Assembly (NCBI GenBank): GCA_025839675.1
Contig: CP104013.1
Location: 1,380,001 to 1,412,000, forward strand
Direction of reading: 5' to 3'
Origin: Candidatus Lokiarchaeum ossiferum
Lineage (GTDB): Archaea; Asgardarchaeota; Lokiarchaeia; Sigyniarchaeales; Promethearchaeaceae
Length of the DNA: 32,000 bases
The notes below the pieces were generated by a model that had not been told where the DNA came from, searched no databases, and saw nothing but the letters and a program-made list of their open reading frames with translations. The translations under genes and the position numbers were made by a program. Shown piece after piece: positions 1-10,104 of the stretch (positions are counted from its first letter, which is position 1; each line of letters starts with the position of its first letter).

Positions 1-1
1 G

Positions 2-2821
2 GTACCCTATCCCTATACTTCGGGACCACTGCATATTGGACATTGTCGGACGTACAATTTAGGGGATATTTTTGCGAGGTATAAACGACAAACGGGCTTT
101 AATGTTATGTGGCCTATGGCATACCACATTACTGGAACACCCATTTTATCAATATCTTCGCGAATTGAACGTAAAGAACCAAAAGTATGGGATCAATACC
201 GAAAATATGTGGGCATCTATGAGAAAAATCCCCAAAAAGTCGATGAAATCATTTCTTCATTCACTGAACCGATGAATGTGGCCATGTACTTTGCAAAACA
301 TCTGATGCAAGATTGGCAATCCATGGGATTTTCCTTAGATACCAGTCGCCAATTTACCACTGGTGATCCCGAATATAAGAAATTCATTGAGTGGCAATAT
401 CATCATTTACATAAGAAGGAATATATCACCAAAGGCACCTATCCCATTTTATGGTGTAAACAATGTCAAAATGCGGTGGGTGAAGATGATATATTAGGTG
501 GAGATGAGCAAAAAGTTGAAGTTTCAGAATTTGTGGGCATGAAATACAAATTCGATGCAAAAACCTTCATCGTCGCCGCAACTTTACGCCCAGAAACAAT
601 TTATGGAGCGACCAATTTATGGGTGCATCCCGATGCCACTTATTCAAAGATTCATATTGATGGAGAACAGTGGATTGTTGCAGGTGATGTAATACCGAAG
701 TTACGGGAGCAAAATCATGAAATCGCAATCATTGAAGAATTTCCAGGAAGCAAATTAGTAGATCATGAGATTGAGGTACCTTGGACAGAGCAGAAAATTC
801 CAATTTACCCTGCAATTTTTGTTAATACTGCTCATGCTACAGGCGTAGTATATAGTGTCCCAGCCCATGCTCCTTTCGATTATGCCGCGATTAAAGATTT
901 ACAAGCGGATGATGCAACAATTGAGAAATATAATATTGATCGTGATCGATTATCAGCAATTATGCCCATTTCCATCATTTCCGTAAAACAATATGGAGAA
1001 TTTCCAGCCGTGGAAATATATGAACGGATGAGGATAAAAAATCAAGATGATGCAGAACAGTTAGAAAAAGCAACCCAAGAACTGTATCGGGATGAATTTT
1101 ATTCTGGGATCATGAAAAAAAATACAGGGATCTTTGCCGGAATGAAGGTAGAACACGCCAAGGATCATGCCGCGATAAAATTCTTTGAACAAAAGATCGC
1201 TTCAAAGATATATGAAGTATCACGAAAAGTTCAATGTCGGTGTGGTGAAACGGTTTCAGTTGCGATTTTGAAAGATCAATACTTCTTAAATTACGCAAAC
1301 ACGGAATGGAAAATGCAAGCAAAAGAAATGTTGGATCAAATGACAATCACCCCCAAAAAATATCGATCCAGCTTTGAATTTACATTCAATTGGTTAGACA
1401 AACGTCCCTGCGTGCGAAAACGAGGCATCGGTACAGAATTTCCGATCACTAAAGGAAAAGGGTGGATCATCGAATCCTTAAGCGATTCGGTGATTTATAT
1501 GGCCTTTTATACCATCATTCGAACGATTCATGAAGCAAAAATTGAAGATCAGCAATTAACCATTGAATTCTTCGATTATATTTTCAAGGATCAAGGTAAC
1601 ATTGATGATGTATTCCAGCAAACCAATATACCCAAGAATGTTCTAAACCAAATCAAGCAAGAATTTGAATATTGGTATCCCAATGATTTCCGTCATACAG
1701 CGATTGCACATATATCCAATCATCTATCCTTCGCAGTATTTCACCATGCAGCCATTTTTGCTAAGAACTATTGGTTGAAATCCTTTTCATTGAATAATAT
1801 GTTAATACGGGAAGGAAAAAAGATGGGTAAAAGCAAAGGAAATGTCATCCCGATGGCAGAAATTCCCAAAAAATATAGTGTGGATTTGACCCGCTTACAT
1901 TTAGCCTCAGTAGCGACAGCCGATTCAGTAATTGATTGGAAGGAGCAAGAAGTTATGCATTCATTGAAACGGTTGATAAAATTTTGGGAATTAGTTGAGA
2001 AATATCCCCCTAAAAAAAGAAAAATAACACAAAAAATCACTTTTCCTTCGAGATTGTTCCAAGCTAATGTCAAATATAATTTTATAACAGCCCAGCAAGC
2101 AATGAATGATCGTAAAGATATACGTGAATATGGTCAAAACTCATTCTTTAATAATATCAGATTAATTGAGGAATTTGAACGGAATGATACCATTACAAAC
2201 GAAGGGGAACGAAAACAGGTAATTAGTGAATTAATGTTTGAAATGGCTATTTTTAACGCACCTCTAATACCCCATCTGTGTGAAGAAATTTATGAGAAAG
2301 CGGGACAGGATGGTTTTGTATCTTTTGCCCAATTTCCAGAAATTAAATTGACCGAAGAAGATCGAATTATCATTAATCAAGGGAAATTTATAGAAGGCGT
2401 TCAAGAAGATATTAATAATATCTTGAAAATGATGGAAACTCACCCTAAGCATATTTATGTATATGTAAATGCCAAGTGGAAATCGATCTTATATTCAAAA
2501 ATTCAAAATTATTTTGATGATCGAAAAGTGACCATCCCAGAGATCATGAAGATTGCCAAAGAAGACCCCATATTACGATCCCACATGAAATTGATTGCTA
2601 CTGAAGCAAAATTGATTATAAAAAATCCATCAATTTTGAAAATGGAATTATTAAATAATATCCAGCAAATCACAGCGCTGAAGGAACATATTCCGATGTT
2701 TAGATCCAAATATCCAGAGATTATCATGGAATTTATCGAGGCCGATGCGCAAAATATATATGATCCAAAAACACGAGCCTCAAAAGCCCGTCCAATGAAA
2801 CCAGCATTATATATGGAATAA
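2..2821 (+). CDS. leuS: Leucyl-tRNA synthetase, archaeal/eukaryal type (5' end cut by window edge)
   Basis: The frame is open from base 2. Upstream of the tracked Met it reads VPYPYTSGPLHIGHCRTYNLGDIFARYKRQTGFNVMWPMAYHITGTP, which contains the class I HIGH motif. The WPMAYHITGTPI block matches archaeal-type LeuRS, not the bacterial PMGWDAFGLP. A KMSKS variant, KMGKS, lies at 1820-1834. About 940 aa are visible. Confidence 0.95.
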   Translation, partial: VPYPYTSGPLHIGHCRTYNLGDIFARYKRQTGFNVMWPMAYHITGTPILSISSRIERKEPKVWDQYRKYVGIYEKNPQKVDEIISSFTEPMNVAMYFAKHLMQDWQSMGFSLDTSRQFTTGDPEYKKFIEWQYHHLHKKEYITKGTYPILWCKQCQNAVGEDDILGGDEQKVEVSEFVGMKYKFDAKTFIVAATLRPETIYGATNLWVHPDATYSKIHIDGEQWIVAGDVIPKLREQNHEIAIIEEFPGSKLVDHEIEVPWTEQKIPIYPAIFVNTAHATGVVYSVPAHAPFDYAAIKDLQADDATIEKYNIDRDRLSAIMPISIISVKQYGEFPAVEIYERMRIKNQDDAEQLEKATQELYRDEFYSGIMKKNTGIFAGMKVEHAKDHAAIKFFEQKIASKIYEVSRKVQCRCGETVSVAILKDQYFLNYANTEWKMQAKEMLDQMTITPKKYRSSFEFTFNWLDKRPCVRKRGIGTEFPITKGKGWIIESLSDSVIYMAFYTIIRTIHEAKIEDQQLTIEFFDYIFKDQGNIDDVFQQTNIPKNVLNQIKQEFEYWYPNDFRHTAIAHISNHLSFAVFHHAAIFAKNYWLKSFSLNNMLIREGKKMGKSKGNVIPMAEIPKKYSVDLTRLHLASVATADSVIDWKEQEVMHSLKRLIKFWELVEKYPPKKRKITQKITFPSRLFQANVKYNFITAQQAMNDRKDIREYGQNSFFNNIRLIEEFERNDTITNEGERKQVISELMFEMAIFNAPLIPHLCEEIYEKAGQDGFVSFAQFPEIKLTEEDRIIINQGKFIEGVQEDINNILKMMETHPKHIYVYVNAKWKSILYSKIQNYFDDRKVTIPEIMKIAKEDPILRSHMKLIATEAKLIIKNPSILKMELLNNIQQITALKEHIPMFRSKYPEIIMEFIEADAQNIYDPKTRASKARPMKPALYME

Positions 2822-2851
2822 ATATTCAGTTAGAATATGAATTAATCATAC

Positions 2852-2867
2852 TTTTTTTTTCTCTTTT
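2852..2867 (+). terminator. Oligo-T tract (T9 then CTCTTTT) downstream of leuS, archaeal-style terminator candidate
   Basis: T9 run at 2852-2860, about 30 nt after the leuS stop. The call rests only on the known use of oligo-T as an archaeal termination signal. Confidence 0.35.
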
Positions 2868-2934
2868 ATTACCCTTTAATGAAATTTTGAAACATTTTTA
2901 AGAATTCACTTCTTAAATGCTATGCTGATAAGAT

Positions 2935-4395
2935 ATGAGTATCGAAATCTTAAAAATTGTCGTTATAGTTCTCTATGCTGGAATTATCCTATATGTTGGA
3001 ATCATTGGTAAGCGTAAAACAAAGTCCACTGAAGATTTATTGTTCGGAGGGGGAAAAATAGGTGCCCTAATGTCTGCTTTCTCCTACGGAACAGCTTATT
3101 TTTCTGCCGTATTATTCATAGGATTTGCAGGACAAATTGGATGGAATTATGGACTGTCTGGGTTGTGGATTGCACTTATTAATGCTTTAGTAGGAGTATT
3201 TGGAGCATGGATGATAATTGGATGGCGAATGAAATCTGCTTCACTTCAATATAATGCCCAAACACTTGGAGAATTTTTAGAAGGACGATATCAAAACTCA
3301 CACCTTCGGATTATTTCTACTTTTGCTATTTTCATTTTCTTGATTCCTTATTCTGCGGCTGTATTTATGGGCTTGTCTTATTTGTTCCAATTCAATTTTA
3401 ATATTCCTTATGAGATTGCAGTTATTGTGATGGGAGTCTTCACCACATTTTATTTGGTTATGGGAGGTTATAAATCCGTAGCGATCATTGATGTTATTTT
3501 TGGAAGCATAATGCTAGTCGGAGTTAGTGTACTTCTATATTCAACTTCTTCAACCGCAGGGGGATTTGAAGAAATATTATCTAAATTAAATGCTATAGAT
3601 CCAAAATTAACCGCTACTGTTGGCCCTCCTGGACTTTGGTCATTATTTTCCCTAATCTTTCTCACTAGCATCGCTCCCTTTGCGATGCCTCAACTTCTGC
3701 AAAAATTTGTATCTATAAAAGATAGAAAATCTATAAAGAAAGGAGCAATAGCTTCAACGATATTTGCACTAATTATTGGTGGAGTGGCCTATTTTGTTGG
3801 AGCAACAACTAGAATTTTAATAACTCCTGAAGAATTTCCTGAGGCATTTAATCTCGATAGCGGAACACCTATTTATGACCGTCTTATGCCCGAACTATTA
3901 GGACATGTTGTACCAGACTTTCTTTCCATACTCCTTCTCTTATTAATTTTAGCCGCTTCAATGTCGAGTCTGGCATCCATGGTTTTGACATCCAGTTCTA
4001 CATTTGTAAAAGATATCTACTTAAAACTGCAAAAAGAGGAAATTGAGGATAGAAAAGTGAAAAAAATTTCCCGATTAGCTAGTGTTATTTTTGTGATTTT
4101 AGCAGTTGTTCTCGCTCTCGGAAATTTTGATTCAATTGTGATGATAATGAGTCTCTCTTGGGGAGCTTTAGGATCTGTATTCTTAGGTCCAGTAATATGG
4201 GGACTATATGGAAAACCAAGCATCTTTACCAAATTTGAAGCACTTTTTGCATCCATATTTGGATTAGGGACTTGTTTTTTATTGGCAATAGTTGGTAGAC
4301 CTACTCCAGAAGCTGGAACTATTGGTATGTTGGTATCTTTTTGTACCCCAATTTTGCTAGCGTGTATTAGAAAAATACAACAGAAACAACAATAA
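2935..4395 (+). CDS. Sodium:solute symporter family (SSF) transporter
   Basis: 486 aa, about 12-13 hydrophobic helices. The N-terminal layout is typical of PutP/PanF-like SSF proteins: a charged loop with LFGGGKIG, then MSAFSYGTAYFSA, RY in the loop before TM4, and MGGYKSVAIIDVIFG. Confidence 0.8.
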   Translation: MSIEILKIVVIVLYAGIILYVGIIGKRKTKSTEDLLFGGGKIGALMSAFSYGTAYFSAVLFIGFAGQIGWNYGLSGLWIALINALVGVFGAWMIIGWRMKSASLQYNAQTLGEFLEGRYQNSHLRIISTFAIFIFLIPYSAAVFMGLSYLFQFNFNIPYEIAVIVMGVFTTFYLVMGGYKSVAIIDVIFGSIMLVGVSVLLYSTSSTAGGFEEILSKLNAIDPKLTATVGPPGLWSLFSLIFLTSIAPFAMPQLLQKFVSIKDRKSIKKGAIASTIFALIIGGVAYFVGATTRILITPEEFPEAFNLDSGTPIYDRLMPELLGHVVPDFLSILLLLLILAASMSSLASMVLTSSSTFVKDIYLKLQKEEIEDRKVKKISRLASVIFVILAVVLALGNFDSIVMIMSLSWGALGSVFLGPVIWGLYGKPSIFTKFEALFASIFGLGTCFLLAIVGRPTPEAGTIGMLVSFCTPILLACIRKIQQKQQ

Positions 4396-4427
4396 AGGTT
4401 TCTCGGTTTTTAACTGTAAAATTTGAT

Positions 4428-5261
4428 TTAATTTAACAACTTTTTTAATTGCATCGGATCTTCAAGCATTTTGCGAGAAATGGATATTTTTTTTGCTTTT
4501 TTTTTTAAAGTTTGAATTAAAGAGGATAATATTGCGATTCCTTCCGGAGTATTGAAGAGTAAACATTTTTGATAATCGATTTCATCATTCAAATCAGGGA
4601 GAAATATAATCCCCAAGTGATTCACAACTCCAAAATAGAAATTAAGAGGTTTCTCTAAAATAAAGATACTGATTTTCTGACTTCCCACCATTTTAATAAA
4701 GGTTGAAAAGTGTTCATGATTCAAAAACTGAGAAAAATTCTCTCGATCAGACAAAATTTCAGTGTTTGCAAACTGAAATTTAAAATCACTGAAATTCATG
4801 GCCCTATATTCGAGATCAAGATCAAAACTTCCCCCAATGCAAATGTCTAAATTATGAGGGGTTAAATATTGCTGGAAACTGGACAAGAGAGAAAAAAGAT
4901 CCGGAATAACCAAGGGTTTTGTCGTCATCAACCTTAAAATCATTAAAGCATCTTTAAAGGGAAAATAGTGATTTTTAAAGTATTCAAGATCATTTTGCGA
5001 TAGTTTAGTTAATGAGAGAATTCCATGAGCAATTTGTGAGTTTCCGTTTGCCGAATATCCTTCCACAGTATGATTTATGATCCCATTTTCAACCATTTGC
5101 TTCACATGATATTCCAAGGAAGACGATTTCATACCGGTTTGTTTCACTAATTCTGAAAATCGAACAAGTCCTTTTTCTTGGAGTAAAATTTCAATAATGC
5201 GGCATCTAATAGGGTGAAAAATCGCCGTAAGCATAGAAGACGAATCAGAGGACGGTTCCAT
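4428..5261 (-). CDS. ArsR-type winged-helix transcriptional regulator with an uncharacterised ~190-aa C-terminal domain
   Basis: The N-terminal IFHPIRCRIIEILLQEKGLVRFSELVKQTGMKSSSLEYHVKQMVENGIINH fits the ArsR/SmtB HTH pattern. I do not recognise the remainder. Confidence 0.65.
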   Translation of the reverse strand: MEPSSDSSSMLTAIFHPIRCRIIEILLQEKGLVRFSELVKQTGMKSSSLEYHVKQMVENGIINHTVEGYSANGNSQIAHGILSLTKLSQNDLEYFKNHYFPFKDALMILRLMTTKPLVIPDLFSLLSSFQQYLTPHNLDICIGGSFDLDLEYRAMNFSDFKFQFANTEILSDRENFSQFLNHEHFSTFIKMVGSQKISIFILEKPLNFYFGVVNHLGIIFLPDLNDEIDYQKCLLFNTPEGIAILSSLIQTLKKKAKKISISRKMLEDPMQLKKLLN

Positions 5262-5299
5262 TATTAATTAATAGCATGGGTTTATTTAAGTTATCGTGA

Positions 5300-5323
5300 A
5301 ATGTACGAAAAAAATCGTACATT
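5300..5323. promoter_or_regulatory. Perfect 9-bp inverted repeat (AATGTACGA-N6-TCGTACATT) in a divergent promoter region, candidate operator
   Basis: Read directly: 5300-5308 pairs with 5315-5323 around an A6 spacer. It lies between the start of the ArsR-like gene (5261, minus) and the ICMT-like gene (5412, plus). Confidence 0.4.
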
Positions 5324-5411
5324 ATAAACTTCTTTGCGCGAGCCTTTATCTATAAATGCTACTCTCTATTGGTTATACTTCTTGAATTAGAAGTAAAGAA
5401 GATGCATAAAA

Positions 5412-6008
5412 ATGTCACTAGCATGGATAAATTTAATTTTATATTATGTTGCATGGATCGGATGGTTCTACTTGTATATGATAAGTCTGCAGCCCATGAA
5501 ATTTGAATCGAAATTTGGTGAAGAAACATGGAAGAAATGTGCTTCCTATCGAAAAATGGCAATTTACCCTGCAATTTTGCAATTTGTTTGCCTTTTTCTC
5601 TGGTTTTTCTTCCCAGTTGAACCTGCTCGATGGTCGATTGCAAGCACTCATCTTCCCAGCATTTTGATAGCCCTTGGAATAACAGCAGTATTCGCGCCAA
5701 TTATGATTAAAGGAACCATAGACGCAGGAAAAGAAACCTTAGTACCTTCAAAAGAAACGACCATGTATGGAGGAATTTACAAATACTTACGTCATCCACA
5801 AGTTTTGGGAGAATGGCCACTATTTTTAGCCATGGCTTTTTGCACCAATTCTTGGTTAATGGTAATCATTTCACTGATAATCGTTGTGATAACAGCACCT
5901 CTTATGGTTTATTTGGAAGAAATTGATTTAGTGAAAAGGTTTGGTGAAAGTTATCAAAATTATCAAAAACAAACCCATGCGCTCATTCCAAAATTTTTTT
6001 CAAATTAG
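5412..6008 (+). CDS. Isoprenylcysteine carboxyl methyltransferase / phospholipid methyltransferase family membrane protein
   Basis: 198 aa, multi-TM. It carries the C-terminal family signature GGIYKYLRHPQVLGEWPLFLAMAF (the RHPxYxG-like motif). Confidence 0.75.
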   Translation: MSLAWINLILYYVAWIGWFYLYMISLQPMKFESKFGEETWKKCASYRKMAIYPAILQFVCLFLWFFFPVEPARWSIASTHLPSILIALGITAVFAPIMIKGTIDAGKETLVPSKETTMYGGIYKYLRHPQVLGEWPLFLAMAFCTNSWLMVIISLIIVVITAPLMVYLEEIDLVKRFGESYQNYQKQTHALIPKFFSN

Positions 6009-6027
6009 GGAAATAGGAAGGAAAACT

Positions 6028-6462
6028 ATGAAATTATCCATTGATCCAAGCCTAAAACGCAATAAACCACTCTTGATTGCAGCGTGGGGATTTATAATAT
6101 ATGCAATAATCGAAATAACTGATAGCATCGCCATAATGCTTATTGCTCTAAAAATAATTCCTAATATCTACTCAACATCTATAACGCTAGCTTTCACCCC
6201 GATTCAAACAATCGTGGAAACCCAGCCCGTTTTTTTGATTTTTATGTTTATTGCTTTTACGGGGATGCGTATCACAGCAGCAATTGGGCTGATGAAAAAT
6301 CGATTATGGGGGTTTTGGGTTGCAGCAATGAGCTTAATTTTCACCATATTATTTTGTTTGATTTTGCTCCCTTGGGGATTTATCGAGAGTTTCCTCTGCA
6401 TGGGATTGTTAACCATATTGATTATTGGAAAAATGGGCTCCAAGTCACTCATCTCCAAATAA
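6028..6462 (+). CDS. Small integral membrane protein (about 4 TM), function unknown
   Basis: The tracked ORF 5941-6462 overlaps the previous gene. The internal ATG at 6028 (MKLSIDPSLKRNKP...) is preceded by GGAAGGAAAA and removes the overlap. The protein is strongly hydrophobic. Confidence 0.55.
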   Translation: MKLSIDPSLKRNKPLLIAAWGFIIYAIIEITDSIAIMLIALKIIPNIYSTSITLAFTPIQTIVETQPVFLIFMFIAFTGMRITAAIGLMKNRLWGFWVAAMSLIFTILFCLILLPWGFIESFLCMGLLTILIIGKMGSKSLISK

Positions 6463-6525
6463 TCTGTCTTTTTTCTTCGTTTTCAGCCCGAAGGTGTATT
6501 AAAAAAGAAAAGAAAATAATTTATT

Positions 6526-9309
6526 TTATTTCATCAACACAAGTTTTTCCTTCCTTCGAAGAAAGTATTTACGTACTTCTTCCACGATCAAAATTGTGGA
6601 ACCAATTCCAAGAATAACTACCCAGTCGATGAATAGAAGTGGAGTCGTTTCCAAAATGAGGTTGAAGAAACTTAAGTGGACGGCTAGGATTTGCAAGCCA
6701 AAAGATGCAATTAAACCAAATAATATCATACGATTATTACGAAATCCTATCTTGAAAATGGATTCCCGATTTGATCTACTGGCAATCGCATTAAAAATCT
6801 GTAATACGGCGAGTACCGTAAAACTTAAAGTTTCTTTTCTAACAATTGAGTCATCTTTAGAGTACACATTGAATATGAAAATAACACCTGCAGCCATCAC
6901 TGAAGCAACGAGTAAAATATTTGCAATTATCGATCTATCAATCAATGAATCTTCAGGTTTTTTAGGAGGGCGGAGCATAACATCATTTTCACGAGGTTCA
7001 GCAGCTAATGCCACGGTCAAACTACCATCAGTCACTAAATTAACCCATAATATCATAATAGGTGTAAAAATTAGCGCCTCCGAGTTAATAAGAAGCATTG
7101 AAACCAAGATCGTAATTACTTCACCCATGTTGGTTGTTAGTAAGAATTTAACCCCTTTCTTTATGTTTTCATAGACTACTCGTCCTTCTTCTACAGCATT
7201 CACAATACTCGCAAAATTATCATCAGTTAAAATCATTGAAGCAGCATCTTTTGTAACATCAGTTCCAGTTATCCCCATAGCTACTCCAACATCAGCAGTT
7301 TTTAGTGCTGGTGCATCATTAGCACCATCCCCCGTCATTGCTACAATCTCTCCTTTAGATTTTAATCCATTGACAATCCGGTACTTATGTTCAGGCGAAA
7401 CACGAGCAAATACGCGGTTTGTATCCAATTTTTCAATAAATTCACTTTCTGAAGTTGAATCAATTTCTTTGCCATCCATAGCAGTGAATTCGGTTGTTAG
7501 AATTCCAATATCCTTACCAATGGAAGAAGCAGTCAATTTATGGTCACCTGTAGCCATAATTACCTTTATTCCAGCATTATGAGCACGTAAAATGGCTTCC
7601 TTAACTTCCTCACGGGGGGGATCAATAATGGCAATTAATCCCATGAAAATCATCTCTAATTCTCGACTTTCAAATTTGGCTTTTAAATCATCAGTAGTGA
7701 TATTCGAGTTAGATTCCTCATGATATGCGATGCCTAATACACGATAACCTTCTGAAGCATAATATTCGGCTTTTTGTTCAATCTGATCCTTCAATTTATC
7801 ATCAAAGGCAATTTTTTGTCCATCAACAGTAATGGACTTACTTACCTGCATAATTACTTCTGGTGCTCCTTTTACAATTAAAAGAGAATTTGCATCATTT
7901 TTATGAATAGTCAACATATACTTATTTGCTGATTCGAAGGGAATTTCATCGATTCGAGGATATTCACCCATCAATTCTAGTTTATTGAACTGTGCTTTTA
8001 ATGCCGCCACCAACAACGCACCCTCAGTTGGATCTCCTACAATTTCCCAAACAAATTCGTCGTTTTCTAATTCATGTTGACGCAATATGGCATCATTACT
8101 TAAGGCCATATTTTGTAAAATAAGAGGAAGTGTGGAATGTTGAGTGATTGAAATAATTTCTCCATCCACAGTAAAATCTCCGATTGGAATATATCCGACA
8201 CCACCTACTTCAATATCAGTATTATCCACGAAAATGTGTTTGACAGTCATTTGATTTTGTGTTAAAGTGCCAGTTTTATCACTTACTATTGTAGTTACTG
8301 CACCTAATGAATCAATTGCATTAAGCTTACGAATGATTGCATTGCGTTTTACCATTCGAGATACACCTATGGCCAGAGTAATGGTAATTGTGGCAGGTAA
8401 CCCCGAGGGTATGGATGATACCAATGTAGCACTCGCAAAAATTAACATATCAAGAATATCAAATCCTCGGATTATTCCGAGAATAAATGTCAGTGCACTG
8501 GCAAAAAAGGCAATAACACCAAGTTTTTTACTTAAAGAGCTGACTCGTTTTTCTAATGGAGATTTCATTTCTTTGGTCTGATTGATAAGTTCTGCAATTT
8601 TACCCACTTGAGTTTTCATACCAATTGCATATACTATTGCTTTTCCTCTTCCAGAAACCACAGTGGTTCCCGAAAACACAAGATTTTTGCGATCAGCAAC
8701 CGAAGCTCCAGACAAGACAGGTGTTGTAATTTTTCTAACTGGAAGTGATTCACCAGTCAAGAGTGCTTCATCTACTTGTAAATTCGCCACTTCAAATAAA
8801 CGGGCATCAGCTGGAATTTTATCACCCGCTTCTAAATAAATAATATCACCTGGGACAATTTCTCGAGCTTTGATACGATATTGTGTACAATGTAAAACAT
8901 TCCCACAATCCCTAAGTATTGTGGCTTCAGGGGCAGTCATAGATTTCAAAGAATCTAAGGCATTTTCAGCTTTTACTTCTTGAATAAACCCAATTATACC
9001 ATTTATCAACACAATTGCAACAATTACAATAAAATTAGTTAATTTTCCTACGAGAAGGGATAAAATTCCCGCTGCAAGTAGTACATATGTGATAGGATTA
9101 AGAAACTGTTCTGAAAACATTTTCGCCCGACTTCTCCTATCTTGGGTTTGAATCTCATTCCAACCATATTTTTCTCGAAGGATATCAATATCTTGCTCGG
9201 GCAATCCAGTAATTTTAGTTTCAAGAAATTTGAAAGTATCATTTATTTCCATTTCATGAACTAATTTCGTTTGATCTGAAATTAATTCATTATCTCTTAT
9301 TGTCATCAT
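6526..9309 (-). CDS. P-type cation-transporting ATPase, type II (Ca2+/cation pump-like)
   Basis: 927 aa. Motifs seen: TGES (LTGESLP), the phosphorylation motif DKTGTLT (D at 8278-8280), the hinge MTGDGANDAPALK, TM5 TNMGEV and TM6 NLVTDG. An N-terminal Cation_ATPase_N-like segment is present. Confidence 0.93.
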   Translation of the reverse strand: MMTIRDNELISDQTKLVHEMEINDTFKFLETKITGLPEQDIDILREKYGWNEIQTQDRRSRAKMFSEQFLNPITYVLLAAGILSLLVGKLTNFIVIVAIVLINGIIGFIQEVKAENALDSLKSMTAPEATILRDCGNVLHCTQYRIKAREIVPGDIIYLEAGDKIPADARLFEVANLQVDEALLTGESLPVRKITTPVLSGASVADRKNLVFSGTTVVSGRGKAIVYAIGMKTQVGKIAELINQTKEMKSPLEKRVSSLSKKLGVIAFFASALTFILGIIRGFDILDMLIFASATLVSSIPSGLPATITITLAIGVSRMVKRNAIIRKLNAIDSLGAVTTIVSDKTGTLTQNQMTVKHIFVDNTDIEVGGVGYIPIGDFTVDGEIISITQHSTLPLILQNMALSNDAILRQHELENDEFVWEIVGDPTEGALLVAALKAQFNKLELMGEYPRIDEIPFESANKYMLTIHKNDANSLLIVKGAPEVIMQVSKSITVDGQKIAFDDKLKDQIEQKAEYYASEGYRVLGIAYHEESNSNITTDDLKAKFESRELEMIFMGLIAIIDPPREEVKEAILRAHNAGIKVIMATGDHKLTASSIGKDIGILTTEFTAMDGKEIDSTSESEFIEKLDTNRVFARVSPEHKYRIVNGLKSKGEIVAMTGDGANDAPALKTADVGVAMGITGTDVTKDAASMILTDDNFASIVNAVEEGRVVYENIKKGVKFLLTTNMGEVITILVSMLLINSEALIFTPIMILWVNLVTDGSLTVALAAEPRENDVMLRPPKKPEDSLIDRSIIANILLVASVMAAGVIFIFNVYSKDDSIVRKETLSFTVLAVLQIFNAIASRSNRESIFKIGFRNNRMILFGLIASFGLQILAVHLSFFNLILETTPLLFIDWVVILGIGSTILIVEEVRKYFLRRKEKLVLMK

Positions 9310-9462
9310 TATCCATTTTTACAAAATGAGTAATAAAAACATAATCAATTGTAAAAATAAAAGGTGTATTTGAAAAATTTATAGACTAAATAGGATAGTT
9401 GAAAAAAACTATTAATAAATTATTATTAGTTTTAATAGAACTTCTTGGAAAAATAATTGGAA

Positions 9463-10035
9463 TCAATTAATATCTTCAAAGGCATTTTTCTTTTCTGAAA
9501 CCCAATTATCTAAAGCAACATCAGCTCTTAATAAGCGATAATTTAACGTGCCAATGTGAAGCATCAAATGCCGTAGATTATATATAAGCGAACTTAAGAT
9601 ATTGGTTCCATGCCATTCAAAGACAGAAGGTCGATATAAATCTTGAATTTCCAGTCGTGAAAAATATTTTCGAGCTTTTTTAGAACATTTTTCCAAATAT
9701 TCTTTAACTTGATGAGGTTCCAAAGGAATTTTAGGCGTGTTTCCAACACGATGAGACACATTCCGAAAATACGGTTGGAAACTCTCTCTTTCCTCTGTGG
9801 TGAAACATAAATAGAGATCCAAAAAATAGAGGGCATGGTAAGAAATGTGCCAAAAAGGAGGACCATGAGATTTCTCATTCCATATATGCTCTGGGCACTT
9901 ACAAATTACTTCTTTCATCATAGCGAGTGCAGCACCAAATTGTTCATCAATTGCTATAATCAAATCATTGGGTCGTTCTTCATTGTTCATAATGACAAAG
10001 TTGATTGCAAAAAATAAAAAAGATTTGTCAGTCAT
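9463..10035 (-). CDS. DinB-like (DinB_2) four-helix-bundle protein
   Basis: The spaced His pattern (WHISYHALYF ... LRHLMLHIGTLNYRL) resembles the DinB superfamily. The true start may be the internal Met at 9990 (MNNEERP). Confidence 0.5.
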   Translation of the reverse strand: MTDKSFLFFAINFVIMNNEERPNDLIIAIDEQFGAALAMMKEVICKCPEHIWNEKSHGPPFWHISYHALYFLDLYLCFTTEERESFQPYFRNVSHRVGNTPKIPLEPHQVKEYLEKCSKKARKYFSRLEIQDLYRPSVFEWHGTNILSSLIYNLRHLMLHIGTLNYRLLRADVALDNWVSEKKNAFEDIN

Positions 10036-10050
10036 GTTTTTTTAGGATCT

Positions 10051-10063
10051 AAAAAAAAAAAAA
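10051..10063 (-). terminator. T13 run on the minus strand downstream of the methyltransferase gene
   Basis: A13 on the plus strand at 10051-10063, about 40 nt past the stop at 10105. Confidence 0.35.
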
Positions 10064-10104
10064 TGCTAAAATCTAAGTATTTAATTAAGATTTCACATAA
10101 AATG

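Noticed and set aside
72-275. 67-aa ORF at the left edge
   Set aside because: It is out of frame within leuS, whose reading frame is open from base 2 and contains the HIGH motif.
5359-5700. 113-aa and 70-aa minus-strand ORFs overlapping the ICMT-like gene
   Set aside because: They overlap a plus-strand gene that has a clear family signature (RHPxxxG block), and they have no motifs of their own.
5941-6027. N-terminal extension of the small membrane protein ORF (tracked start 5941)
   Set aside because: The extension overlaps the last 68 nt of the preceding gene in another frame. The internal ATG at 6028 has a purine-rich element upstream and begins the hydrophobic protein.
6596-7174. 192-aa plus-strand ORF, plus other ORFs at 7370-7582, 8267-8581 and 9048-9242
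   Set aside because: They lie entirely inside the P-type ATPase gene, antisense or out of frame. The ATPase has unambiguous motifs, and these products are low-complexity with no recognisable motifs.
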